DNA from: Lama guanicoe
Taxonomy: Eukaryota
Direction of reading: 5' to 3'
Length of the DNA: 64,000 nt
Assembly: GCA_013239625.1 (NCBI GenBank)
Contig: MU057340.1
Span: 2,667,289 to 2,731,288 of the forward strand
The first letter of the stretch is position 1, and each line of letters opens with the position of its first letter. The position numbers and the translations under genes were made by a program. Shown here piece by piece: positions 49,911 to 62,262 of this stretch. Under the pieces are notes generated by a model. That model saw only the letters and a list, made by a program, of their open reading frames with translations, was not told the DNA's origin and searched no databases.

Positions 49911-50466
49911 GAGAAACAAGATGGCCTGAAGGTTCTACAGGGCAACAGTACCATGTTATGTATCTTCTTTCTCTAGTGGGGAGGTCCCTCTTCCTTGTCT
50001 GACTGGGCATAAAGTCCTGGGGATGGACAAGTTGGTACGGGGGTTGGGAAAGGTAGCTATTGTTCAGCCACACCAGCCACATGGCCACAGTCAGTTCATT
50101 TTCATTCTCACAGCCAACCACGTACCCAGCGTTTAACCCTATGCACCTCCACTTGGAAAAGAGCTACCCAACCGACATGTCTCCCACAGGGTCTAGAGAT
50201 ACTTGGATTCTGGCATTCCTATACAAAGAACTGAACACTACAGGAAATCTGAATTAAAAATTTTTGTCCCTAAAATTAAACATACTGCAACAAATGTTTT
50301 CACATTTTTTCTTACTTATAGGAGTACAGTTACTGAGAATAGGAAGAGGGCCTCTGGCAAAACACCTCCTAGGCAGACTGCCATAGCCCTGCAAGGTTTC
50401 ACTTAGAAATATCTTCCTTTGAGATAGAGAATTAAAACTCTAGAAACCCCTTCAACAAAAGAATTG

Positions 50467-52215
50467 TTCCTATGTGTATGAGTCTATTTCTGGTTTGTAG
50501 GTTCTTTCATATCATTTTTTTATATCCCCCATATAAGTGATATTATATGATATTTGTCTTTCTCTTTCTGACTTACTTCACNNNNNNNNNNNNNNNNNNN
50601 NNNNNNNNNNNNNNNNNNNNNNNNNNNNNNNNNNNNNNNNNNNNNNNNNNNNNNNNNNNNNNNNNNNNNNNNNNNNNNNNNNNNNNNNNNNNNNNNNNNN
50701 NNNNNNNNNNNNNNNNNNNNNNNNNNNNNNNNNNNNNNNNNNNNNNNNNNNNNNNNNNNNNNNNNNNNNNNNNNNNNNNNNNNNNNNNNNNNNNNNNNNN
50801 NNNNNNNNNNNNNNNNNNNNNNNNNNNNNNNNNNNNNNNNTCTTTTCAAATTAGAGTCTTCTCTGGATATATGCACAGGAGTAGGACTGCTGGGTCACAT
50901 GGTAACTCTATTTTTAGGTTTTTGAGGAACTTCCATATATATGTGGTTCCCTTTTCTCCACACCCTCTCTAGCATTTATCATTTGATGATTTTTTAATGG
51001 TGGCCATTCTGACTGATGTGAGGTGATACCTCATTGTAGTATTGATTTGCATTTCTCTAATATTAGCAATGTTGAGCATCTTTTCAAGTGCCTGTTGGCC
51101 ATGTGGATGTCTTCTTCGGAGAAATGTACATTTAGGTGTTCTGCCCATATAAAAAAGTTGTTTTGATATTAAGCTGTATGAATCTGTTCATATATTTTGT
51201 AAATTAATCCCTTGTCANNNNNNNNNNNNNNNNNNNNNNNNNNNNNNNNNNNNNNNNNNNNNNNNNNNNNNNNNNNNNNNNNNNNNNNNNNNNNNNNNNN
51301 NNNNNNNNNNNNNNNNNNNNNNNNNNNNNNNNNNNNNNNNNNNNNNNNNNNNNNNNNNGACAGATCCAAAAAACTATTGCTGCAATTTATGTAAGTGCTC
51401 TGCCTATGTTTTCTTATAAGAGTTTTAGAGTATCCATTCTTACATTTAGGTCTTTAATCCATTTTGAGTTTATTTTTGTATATGGTGTTAGAGAATGTTC
51501 CAATTTCATTCTTTTACAGGCAGCTGTCCACTTTTTTCTGCACCACTTACTGAAGAGACTGTCTTTTTCTCCACTGTATATTCTTGCCCCCTTTGTCAGA
51601 GTAATTGACCATAAGTGTGTGGATTTATTTATGGACTTTCTATCCTGTTTCATTGATCTATGTGTCTGTTTTTGTGCCAGTACCACACTATTTTGATTAC
51701 TCTAGCTTTGCAGTATAGTCTGAAATCAGGGAGCATGATTACCCCAGCTCCATTCTTCTTTCTCAAGATTGTTTTGACTATTCAGAGTCTTTTGCGTTTC
51801 CATACGAATTGTAAAATTTTTTGTTCCAGTTTCGTGAAAAATGCCATTGGCAATTTGATAGGGATTGCATTGAATCTGTAGATTGCCTTGGGTAATATGG
51901 CTGTTTCAACAATATTGATTCTTCCAATCCAAGAACACCAGAAATAGACTCAGAGACATAGAAAACAAACTTACGGTTACCAAAGGGGAAAGTGAGGAGG
52001 GATAAATTAGGAGTTTGGGATTAACATATACACACCACTATATAAAATAGATAAACAACAAGGACCAACTGTAAAGCATACAGAACTATATTCAACATCT
52101 TGTAATAACATATAATGGAAAAAAACCTGAAAAAGAATATATATATGCACAACTGAATCACTTCGCTGTACACTTGAAACTAACAACATTGTAAATCAAC
52201 TAGACTTTCTAAAAA
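50467..52215 (+). mobile_element. Young L1 with a long 5' inversion (minus-strand ORF2/3' segment about 50467-51938, plus-strand 3' end about 51938-52215)
   Basis: The minus segment encodes ORF2 remnants (...[26 protein letters not shown]). The strand switches at ccaatccaagaaca|ccagaaatagactc. N gaps at 50582-50840 and 51218-51358. Confidence 0.88.
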
Positions 52216-52234
52216 TTTTTTTCAAATTGTAAAT

Positions 52235-52480
52235 TATACACATTGCAAAAAAGCGGCAAAATTAGTAAATGATTTATGCAATTGTTATACATTGTGACAC
52301 TATTTATAATAGCAAAAGACTAGAATATCTAAATGTCAACAGTGAACATGGTGAATAAACAATGTTCATCAGGATAGAAAACTATACAGCTGCAAAAAGG
52401 AATAAGGAATGTTCCAACACTTCCATGGGTGATTTCCAAGATATATTGCTAAGTTAACTAAAAAACATGGGAGAAAAAAA
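52235..52480 (+). mobile_element. Old L1ME-like fragment
   Basis: actatttataatagcaaaagactagaa...aaatgtcaacag...actatacagctgcaaaaaggaataagg...gatttccaagatatattgctaagt. Confidence 0.6.
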
Positions 52481-53294
52481 GGAATGTTCTTAGAATAAAT
52501 TACCAGGAATCTCCTAAGAGGTAGAAGGGATCTCACAAATAGTTACCTCCTGTTTCCTTCTCTATGCCTAAAGGAATCTCTTACAGTCTCACTGATTATC
52601 AGAAATTAGTCTCTTCTCTGTACCTCATCCTCCACCCCAATCTTCATCTATGCAAAGTCCATTTTCAAATGAAACATTGCCTTATGAGGACCTAAACACA
52701 CAGGATCCCTCCTTTTTCCAAATGCTAGAGCACTCTGTTTCTCTCTCATGACTTTTATTAAACGACTGTGCCATGGTTATTTTTGTATTTGAATTATTTC
52801 CAGTTATATCATTATATTATATAATACATATTTCTTGAGGGCCTGCTACTGTACCAACTAGGTGCTTTATGGACATCTTAATCCTCACAGCCAATATAAT
52901 ACCTATTTTACAGAAGAATCACCCAAGACTGAGACACTCTAGTAACAGAAATGCTCTCACTACTCTGTCCCAACCTAGGCTGACCCTTCCTGTAAACCCT
53001 AGTTTACTCCACATTATCCATGTGACGTGAGGTTTTTATCCCCAGAGCATCTAACATAGATTTCCCACGAATGATACTGAATAATTACTTGCTAAACTGC
53101 ACTGACGTCTCCCAGCCCTTCCCCCAGCAGGGCCACCTCCTGCTTGCACTTCCCAGAAGTCGATGATTCTATTCACCAGATCCCAATGTTCCCAGAGGGG
53201 ATCTGATGCTTGCCAAGTACCCGCCCTGCCATCTCCCTCAGTCTGGAATTTCCACTTCCGGAACCATTTTCTATCATCTGCACTATCATCATAC

Positions 53295-53480
53295 AGTGCC
53301 TCCTAGGTGCCAGCTTTAAGGTTTCACAAGTATTAACCTGGCTGATCTTCACAACATTCCCATAAAGTTGATGCTACCATCCCCATTTTACAGATGAGGA
53401 AACTGAGATTCAGCGAGGTTAAGGAGCCTGCCCTAGGCTATTCAGTTAGTAAGTGATGTGGGGTATGCCCAAATTTCAGA
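53295..53480 (-). mobile_element. MIR SINE
   Basis: atcttcacaac...ccccattttacagatgaggaaactgagattcagcgaggttaagg. Confidence 0.85.
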
Positions 53481-53640
53481 GTTAGTTTTCTGGAAGCCAC
53501 AGCCATCTTTGTTTTAACTTTCCTCCCCAGCACAACCCAATTCAAACCACTGTGGTTTTATTTGTAATTAAGCTAGGTCTTCTCCATTCTGGGTTAGTAT
53601 AATTGATTGTTTTGAACCTAAGCACAAGATTTCCTATGTA

Positions 53641-54490
53641 CAATATTCCCTCCTTACCCAAGGGGGATTCGTTCCAAGACCCACAGTGGATGCCTGAAAC
53701 CGCAGATAGTACTGAACCCTATATATGCTATAAATGTATGTAATTTATATATATTTATTTATATGTAATTTATATATTATATATATATACATATATATAT
53801 TTTGCTATACATACGTACCCATGATGAAGCTTCATTTACAAATTAGACCCAGTAAGAGAGTAACTAATAATAGATCAATTATAACAATCTACTACAATAA
53901 AAGTTACGTGAATGTGGTCTTTCTCGTTCTCAAAAGATTGTACAAGTTTAATGCCTTTTCCATGTTAACTAAGCACTTATCACACACTAAGGCAGTAGCT
54001 TCTACAGTTTGAGGTGTGACAGCAAGACTAGCATGGGTTTCTTTTTCCTTCTTTGCAATGTCACGGATAGAAGACTGGCTCTTACTGTCGATCTCAGCAA
54101 CCTCATTAAGTGGAGAATTTTCACCTTCCCTCCTTAAAGAAATAACTTTGCAGCTTCACTCAGGCGTATCTGAATTGCCAGCATCTCCACTCTTGTGCTT
54201 TGGGGCCAGTTATTAAGTGAAGTAAGGGTGACCTGAACACAAGCAGTGCAATATCACAGCTGTTGATCTGATAACCGAGAGGGCTACGAGGTGACTCACG
54301 GGCGGATACACTGGACAACAGGATGGTTCACATCCGGGCAGGATGGAGTGGGAAGGCAAGAGATTTCATCACGCTACTCAGAATGGCGCACAATTTAAAA
54401 CTTGTAAATTACTTCTGGAATTTTCCACTTAATATTTTCATGCTGCAGTTGACCACAGGTAAATGAAATCGCAGATAAGAGAGACTTCTG
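53641..54490 (-). mobile_element. MER44 / Tigger7-derived (TcMar-Tigger) non-autonomous DNA transposon
   Basis: TIR-like ends caatattccctccttaccc (after TA) and gcagataagagagacttctg; internal gagatttcatcacgctactcagaatggcgcacaatttaaaactt; AT-rich low complexity at 53720-53800. Confidence 0.85.
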
Positions 54491-55021
54491 TGTCTCTAGC
54501 ACATTTTATATGGTAACTTTTGGTCCATTGTTCTATCCCACTGTTTTTTCTTTGAATTGTTTGTCAGTCAAAGCTCTAGATATCATATTGGCTTTGTATC
54601 ATTTGTAAACTAGACAGTTTACAAATTTACAGATTCCTTCAGCTGCCACCATCACAAGATCCAGAGAGAAAAAGATATAAAATAAGACCATAAACACGGA
54701 CGTCGTGATAGAAAAACTGGAGAAATAAAGGTTTACACAAATCAACTGCTTCCTGTGCTGCTGAGGTGGGGATGGGAGGGACACCCTGTTAAGAAATTGT
54801 GCAGCCATTCATTTCATTTTGTAAGAAGAAATAAAATTGCTCTAAATTAAAAAGGAAAGAGTTCTAAGTCATAGGATGTCAAAAAAAAAAAGAGCCTATG
54901 AAGTTCTTCTGCTGTGTGGACAACAGATCTGCAAGTTCACACACAGGCAGCATTTACCACCCACCGCCAAGGAATGTGGTTTATCTGATGATCATTTGTC
55001 TAGGTTACCTTTTTTGGGAAA

Positions 55022-55841
55022 CATCTTTATTGAGATATAATTCACATACCATACAATTCACCCCTGCAAAGGGTGCAATTCAAAGGCTTTTAGAATATTC
55101 ACGGAATTGTGCAACTGTCACAACAATCCATTTTAGGACCTCTCCATCATCCTAAAAGGGAAAACCCTCACTTAGCACCTTCTAGCCCCCATTCTCACCC
55201 CGAGCCCTAGGCAATCACTAATCTACTTTCTGTCTTTATAAATGTGCCTCTTGCGGATGGATGGCTCATATAGATGGAATCATATTATACGTGGTCCTTT
55301 GTGACTGGCTTCTTTCCCTTAGCACAACGCTTTCAAGGCTCATCCTCGTTGTAGCTTTATCTATACTCCATTCTGTTTGTGAATGATTATCCCACTGTAC
55401 GGATAGATCAAATTTCATCTATTTATCCACTGATGGCTATTATGAATAAAGCTGGCACATAAACACTCATGTCCAACGTTTTGCATGGTCCTATGTTTTC
55501 ATTTATCTCAGGTTTATATGCAGGAGTAGAATTGCTGAGTCATATGGTAACTCTGTTTAACATTTGGAAGAACTGTTAAAATGCTTTCCACAGTGGCTGT
55601 ACCATTTTGCACTCCCACCGGCAGTGTACGAAGGTTCCAGTATTTCTATATTATCGAGTTTCTAGCATTGCCACATTCTCATCAACACTTTTTTTAAATC
55701 TGTCTTTTTTATTGTAGTCTTCCTAGTAGGTGTAAAGTGGTATCTCACTGTAGTTCTGATTTTGCATTTCCCTGATGACTAATGATGGTGGGAACTTTTT
55801 CATGCACTTATGGACCATCTGTATTTCTTTGGGGGCAGTTA
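55022..55841 (-). mobile_element. Older L1M (L1MB-like) 3' region
   Basis: ctttattgagatataattcacataccatacaattcaccc...aggagtagaattgctgagtcatatggtaactctgtttaac...tgcatttccctgatgactaatgatg. Confidence 0.85.
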
Positions 55842-56014
55842 NNNNNNNNNNNNNNNNNNNNNNNNNNNNNNNNNNNNNNNNNNNNNNNNNNNNNNNNNNN
55901 NNNNNNNNNNNNNNNNNNNNNNNNNNNNNNNNNNNNNNNNNNNNNNNNNNNNNNNNNNNNNNNNNNNNNNNNNNNNNNNNNNNNNNGAATATCTTCTATT
56001 TTCAAAACATAATT

Positions 56015-56440
56015 TAATGAAACTAGAGACTGTCATTCTAAGTGAAGTAAGCCAGAAAGAGAAAGAAAAATACCATATGATATCACCTCTATGTGGAATC
56101 TAAAAAAACGACAAATGAACTTGTCTACAAAACAGAAACAGACTCACAGACATAGAAAACAAACTTATGGTTACAGGGGAGGGGGTGAGAAGGGATAAAT
56201 TGGGAGTTTAAGATTCGCAGACACTAACTACTATATATAAAATAGATAAACAACAAGTTTCTACTGTATAGCACAGGGAACTATATTCTTGCAGTGACCT
56301 ATAATGAAAAAGAATATGAAAACAAATATATGTATTTATATGTATGACTGAGGCATTGTGCTGTACACCAGCAACTGACACAACATTGTAAACTGACTAT
56401 ACTTCAATAAAAAAATAATAAAAATTAAAAATAAAAAGTA
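56015..56440 (+). mobile_element. Young L1 3' end
   Basis: ctaagtgaagtaagccagaaagagaaagaaaaataccatatgatatc...ctgactatacttcaataaaaaaaataataaaaattaaaa. Confidence 0.92.
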
Positions 56441-56899
56441 CTAGAATTATGGTTTTTTGTTATTCTTTATAAATAGAAAGATTTTATTTCTGTATTTCTG
56501 TCCGGTTATAAAGCATTAAAATGCATTTAAATCAACTTTCTAGCAACTTATATCATCACTTTCTGTGGTATTTTTTAATCTAAGTGGTCATATCTCATGA
56601 GCTCCTTAAAGTATCATACTGTTTTGTTAGTATATATGAAACTGGCTTCTTGAGAGCAATCAATAGTACCTCCATTGGACAAAATTAATTTGTATTTCTA
56701 TGAACAAGAATCACTTTCACTACTCTCATTCTTCTATATCTTGCCAAATTGTAAAATAGTTAAAAGAAAATGAAAGACACAGATAACCCAGATGAGTGCA
56801 CTCGATACTAAACAATCTTTTTTGCCTATTTCAGAGTTAACAATTTTTCCTGACAATACTTTAATAGATGTTTAGTATCAGTCAATCCAATCAGGTAAT

Positions 56900-57546
56900 G
56901 GAAATCACACAGTAATACTAACAAGGAAAGCTTAACAAACAATATTTAACTACAACCAAGACCAGGGTAGCAAGAGAACTTCTAGTAAGCAGTAATACTC
57001 GGGACCCTAAGGCATCTAGGAAGCCCAGCTGTAAGGAACAGCCACCGCCCCTGGGATGGAGATAGGACACCCAAGGAAGGGGCACCACCCGAGGGTGGAG
57101 ACCCTGATTGTGCTGGAGAGGGCACAGCTTTGACTCCCTGGATGGCGGAAGCCACTGGGGTGCCAGCTGCCAAATCTTCTGGAACTGCATCCTCTATGGT
57201 CCCATGTAAAGCTGTTCACAGGGAGGTACCCCACAGGAGGCAATCTCCTCCTAATCGCCCACGAGGGGCCAGGGGAAGCTTCTGGTCACTGTGTGCACCT
57301 GGCAGCCACATGGCACCACAGCAGGACTCTGTAGAAGATGTACACTCTAGAGGAGCCCTCCCAGAGAGCACAAAGAATCAGAAACGAAACCCTTTACTCC
57401 TGCGATGGCTGTCCTGCGCCCTCTACTGACGAAGCTTAATGTGCCAACTGCAAAGGAAAAGGACTTACGGGGCCCAGATGCAGCTTCACAGAGCAGGCAG
57501 AAGGGACAAATTTGAAGTTGAGAGGCCGTAAATCAACAATGGCACA
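56900..57546 (-). mobile_element. ERVL solo LTR (LTR41/LTR33-like) carrying a CTCF-like motif
   Basis: The right end read on the minus strand, TGTGCCATTGTTGATTTACGGCCTCTCAACTTCAAATT...AAGCTTCGTCAGTAGAGGGCGCAGG, resembles the recalled LTR41/LTR33 5' end; left boundary uncertain. Confidence 0.6.
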
Positions 57547-57822
57547 TGTGGTACAAACACATCTGGGAAATGCCAGCTACACCTTCAGGGAAAGACACTC
57601 ACTCATTACCCACTGGCTGGACAACCTGAGGCAACCTTCACCAGACGTGAAAACAAGGATTCCGACTGGGGCTTTTCTTAGCCTCTGATTTGCCGAGCGC
57701 CAACCCTGAGTGTTTACGCATCTGTCATACTAAGACTCCTCCTCGACTTTCCTAGGAATCTTCACCTTCTCCTTAAAAGGAATATCCTTATCTCTCACTT
57801 CACTCCTGTTTCCTACCCTCCT

Positions 57823-57825
<3 letters not shown>

Positions 57826-57853
<28 letters not shown>
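57826..57853 (+). repeat. (CA)n microsatellite
   Basis: Perfect CA run seen directly. Confidence 0.95.
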
Positions 57854-57859
<6 letters not shown>

Positions 57860-59077
57860 ATCAGAAACACACACCACGTTGCAACAACAGGTTATCCTTC
57901 TGTGACTGGCCCCACATTAATTCTGATTACTGTGTCTTGAACAGCGACTAAGATGTCAGCCCCTTTTATCAGACAGATCACTCCCTCTACAGAGCCTTCC
58001 CATCTTGTGCTAACATTCTCACATGGAAGTCACCATCGTGAGCCTGGGGTTTTCTGGGTCCAATTCTCTTCGGCCTTGAGCCTTTAAACCAGGCTGTGGT
58101 TTGTCTCTCTAATGGCCGGCAGGTGAGTGAGAAGCCCTGGGGACTGGGCCCTGGGCTAGTAGAAGGAGCGTGGCTCACTCCCATCCATCACACTCCACAG
58201 TCACAGGCAAGACCACCATTTGCACCAGCAACTGCCACTCCAAAGAACACAATGCCCCCACCCCTCCCTGTCATAAAGCAGAACAGTCGGAGGCCATCTG
58301 AGAACCTGAAGAAAATCACAGTTAAAGAAGATCCCAGAGGAAGCCAAGGGCCTTCTCTTCACGAGGACGCCTTCCCTGCCAAGTTCACCTGCAGGACGGC
58401 GCACTACAATTCAAAGCGGGTGTGGGTGAGAGTTCAGCTCTTACAGAATCGCCTGTAAAAAAGCTAGACGAACAAAGAGTCTGGTGCCAATGTTTCCTGA
58501 GAGGTACTATTTTATTGTTTGTTTGTCTGGGGCAAAATTTGGAGCTCAAGACTTGAGTGCTCATAAATGCTGAAGCCAGCAGTGAATGAATATAAGTGCA
58601 GGTCTGGCCAAGAAGAGCTTGTCTCGAAAGCTCAGGATTTTGGGTTACATTTTGGGCTTAAAGTAGAAGCAGCAATGGGAACAGAGTGGTTAAAAAGGCC
58701 ACACTCAGAGCTCAGTCCAGTGGGGACCTTTTCAAGTGCTTTGTTTCACAGGCAAGTGGCTGTCCCATGGGCAAGTTTCTTACCATCACAGCCCACGACT
58801 CCCAAGGAGGAGGGTGCGGGTAAAGTCCTGGGATAGAGATGCCAGTGTGGGAATGCCCCAGTGGGAGGAAGGAAGATGGCCTGGAGGATCAATGTCCGGC
58901 TTTGTGATCAAGTGATGCACCCAAGAGGGCAGAACCTCAAAATTACATTCGTTGATAAGGATGCCTCCTTATTATTATCCGACAGACTAGAAATCAGGTC
59001 AAGGAGGTTCTCTCCCCCTAGATTACTTACTACCATTTGGAAAACAGGGAGATGTTATATAAAAATCTGAGTTTCTG

Positions 59078-59277
59078 CTTACAACCAAGAATACTCTACC
59101 CAGCAAGGCTCTCATTCAGACTTGATGGAGAAATCAAAAGCTTCACAGATAAACAAAAGCTAAAAGAATTCAGCACCAACAGATCAGCTTTACAACAAAT
59201 GTTAAAGGACCTTCTCTAGTCATCAAACCATAAGGAAAGAACAAAAAGAAGAAAGAAAGAAAAATAAAGACCTACAG
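59078..59277 (+). mobile_element. L1 ORF1 C-terminal fragment plus inter-ORF spacer
   Basis: Translates LQPRILYPARLSFRLDGEIKSFTDKQKLKEFSTNRSALQQMLKDLL*, the L1 ORF1p C-terminal domain. Confidence 0.9.
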
Positions 59278-59780
59278 AAGATTGCCTTGGCTGTTCGGGG
59301 TCTTTTGTGGTTCCTTATAAATTCTGGAACTGTTTGTTCTAGTTCTGTGAAGAATGTCGTGAGTATTTTGATGGGGGTTGCGTTGGATCTGTGGGTTGTT
59401 TTGGGTTGTGTGGCCATTTTGATAGTGTTGCTTCTTCCAATCCAAGAGCACAAGAAATCTTTCCATTTCTTTGTGTCATTTTGGTTTTTGGAATATAGGT
59501 TAAGTTTATTTCTAGGTATTTTGTTGTTTTTGATGTAATGGAAATGTTTGTGCCAGTTATAAAATTCTGGTTTTCGAAGTGAAAAAAAAAAAAGTGAATG
59601 AAAGGCCACAAATGGCAAAATATTCTTCTTTCTTATGGGTGAGTTGTATTTCATTATACATATATATGCTGTACCTTCATTATCTATTCAATTATTGATG
59701 TGCATTTAGGATGTTTCCATATCTTGGCAATTATAAATAATGCTGCTGTTAATAGCAGGGTGTATGTATCTTTTTAAATT
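59278..59780 (-). mobile_element. Deleted L1 ORF2 fragments
   Basis: Minus-strand translation ...KKWKDFLCSWIGRSNTIKMA...FFTELEQTVPEFIRNHKRPRTAKAI is ORF2; a second piece near the ORF2 end lies at 59605-59780. Confidence 0.85.
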
Positions 59781-59884
59781 CTTTCTTTGTGGTTGGCTTT
59801 ATTCCTTCGATAACTATGTAAGTTTAAAAAGCTAAAGCTCTAAATGTGCTTAGAAACAATGAACAGTACATATATGTAAATTTA

Positions 59885-60425
59885 AAAATATATGTGCAGT
59901 AAAAAAAAAAGTTATCAAGTCATGAAAGACATAGCAGAAACTTAAAAGACATTACTAAATGAAAGAAGCCAGTCTGAAAAGGCTACAAACTGTATGATTC
60001 CAACCAAATGACATTCTGGAAAAGGCACAGCTACAGAAACAATAAAAAGATGGTGGTTTCCAGGGGTTTGGGAGAGGGAGGGAGGGAGTAATGAACAGAT
60101 GGAGCACAAGGGATTTTTAGGGCAATGAANNNNNNNNNNNNNNNNNNNNNNNNNNNNNNNNNNNNNNNNNNNNNNNNNNNNNNNNNNNNNNNNNNNNNNN
60201 NNNNNNNNNNNNNNNNNNNNNNNNNNNNNNNNNNNNNNNNNNNNNNNNNNNNNNNNNNNGCCATTGATTGTACCAAATATGCCACACTGATGAGGGATGT
60301 TGAGGGTAGAGGAGTATATACATGTGGGTGGGGAGGGCTATGTGTGAACTCTGTATTTTCTGCTCAATTCTGCTGTGAACCTGAAACTGCTCTAAAAAAA
60401 GAAAGTCAGACAAAAAAAAAAAAAA
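59885..60425 (+). mobile_element. L1MC-like 3' UTR with an assembly gap
   Basis: aaagaagccagtctgaaaaggctacaaactgtatgattccaac...gacattctggaaaaggca...gctcaattctgctgtgaacctgaaactgctctaaaaaa; N run at 60130-60259. Confidence 0.85.
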
Positions 60426-60919
60426 AGAGAGAGAATACCCAAAGCCTGCTGTCCCTTACACTTCTCCTGCTTACCCTCTTTCTCTTCTTCCTTCCACTGC
60501 TACTTACAACATTTAAGATCACAATAAATTAGAAATATAACTTTGAAGAAAATACCTGAGTTTCTGGCATCTCCTGAAAAATGGGACCCTCTGCTAACAC
60601 TGAACGCTTTCCAAGGTCCGAGGTGAGACGACCCTGGCAGGAGCGGCGTGCTGGGCGCCACTCTCCCATTTTCTGTGGACACAATGCAGGTTGCCTTATC
60701 TATCTGTCACTTTACATACCTGTTACCATTTAAGTTTGGCCCTGTACTAAAGGACACGTTAAGTAATATTTAAAAATCGAAGGAGGGCAAGTCATGTGCT
60801 GTTTTTACTCAAAGACATATTTCAGCAGAAAGCCGAGTGCCCAGTGCCTGGCAATGGTGCCGGCCAGATGGGAGGGGCTCGCTATCAAATACACTACTAG
60901 ACCCTCTGTATACACCATT

Positions 60920-61060
60920 CCATTTCATTCTTACCGTTTTGAGATATTTGCTCCCCATTTTACATATGAGGTTCAGAGAATTAGCTAACTGCCCTTCCAA
61001 TGCTTATCCGGCTAGTGAGGGATTACAGAATTTGATCCCAAGTTGGCGTGGTTCCAAAAC
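60920..61060 (-). mobile_element. MIR fragment
   Basis: ctccccattttacatatgaggttcagagaattagctaactgccc...gctagtgagggattacagaatttgatccca. Confidence 0.6.
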
Positions 61061-62119
61061 TGAAGAGTGTGAAACAGCAAGTCAGGGTACAGAAAGTTTC
61101 TAGTTTTAAAAAAAATGCAATAGGCTGATTGCCAACACTCTCTAGTTTCCCAGATCTATTTTTCGTTCCACACCTGTAAACAGAAAGTACTTATCTTTAG
61201 GGTCATTGCTTCTCTCTTCTGCAGAACTCTTAAGAATCTTGCATCAGGAGAGCCCAAATCCACCACCTAAATCTCCAAACGGGGCAAGGATTAGTGACCA
61301 TGCTTCAGCTAGACAATTTGGAAGGAAAAGCGTTAAGTTGAAACATCACATGCCTTCAGTGTGAGATCACAAAGACAGAAAGTCCTAGGGGGAAGTCACA
61401 GCACGTAATAGGAAGCAGGGGTTCCTAACCAAGGGGCAGAGCAGCAGAACAAACACTCAACAACAAACAGTCTCTCTCCGGCTCCTCACCAGCAGCCTGG
61501 TGACTGAACAAATGACTATTTAAGCTACTTGCTTCAACACACAAAAGGAACTATCCAGTTACAGTCTGAAGAGGTATCAGGGCAGCTCCCGAAGGGGTCA
61601 AAAATCTGGTCAAAGGCTAAAAGTATCTTTATCATGAGGAGGGTTGTCCCCTTATCAATGTATGCTGATGTTGATGACATCCCAGCAGGAGAGCAAAGAA
61701 CTACCCACTCTTTTCTCTGGTCCCTTATGCAACCACAAGATACAATACAATGAGATGAAACTACCCTTTTAATGTGTATCTCCCTGGACCAGACTCCTCA
61801 AAGGCAGAACCAGCATCTTACGGCTTAAAACCCCAGCACCTTCTATGGTGATTGCACTCGGTGGGCATGACAGTATCTTCCCATCCCCAGACCTCAAACA
61901 GAGTCAAAAAGGATTCTTTTTCTGATCCACACTTTGCCTGTTAAACACAGCAAGGTAGGAAACCAAATCACATACAGATATATATCTAAATCACTCTTTA
62001 TTTGCATTTATCATAAAAATGACAGGAAATCAGAACTGAATCTAACACACTGGGCATGCCCAGGACACGAGGCCTTGGAGAGATCCGGCCACTGTCCGTG
62101 AAACAGGCTAAGCCTGGAA

Positions 62120-62262
62120 CTTTGCTCCTTAAACATTAATGTGCCTGTCAATCACCTGGGACTGCGGTTATTCTGTAGATTCTGCATCAAGGGCCACAAG
62201 AGTCAGCACTTCTAATGAGCTCCCAGGGGATGCTGATGGAGCCCCACCAAGGAGCAAGCATC
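62120..62262. mobile_element. MER5A1-like fragment
   Basis: aaacattaatgtgc...aatcacctggga...gattctg...cacttctaatgagctcccaggggatgctgatg. Confidence 0.65.

Noticed and set aside
293-54298. About a dozen TGA(C/G)TCA AP-1 sites
   Set aside because: Roughly 8 are expected by chance in 64 kb, so there is no convincing window-wide enrichment.
2721-55035. Apparent loss of poly(A) signals in sense-oriented L1 ends
   Set aside because: Two copies lack one, but the 2721 copy has ATTAAA and the 55022 copy has AATAAA; too few and inconsistent.
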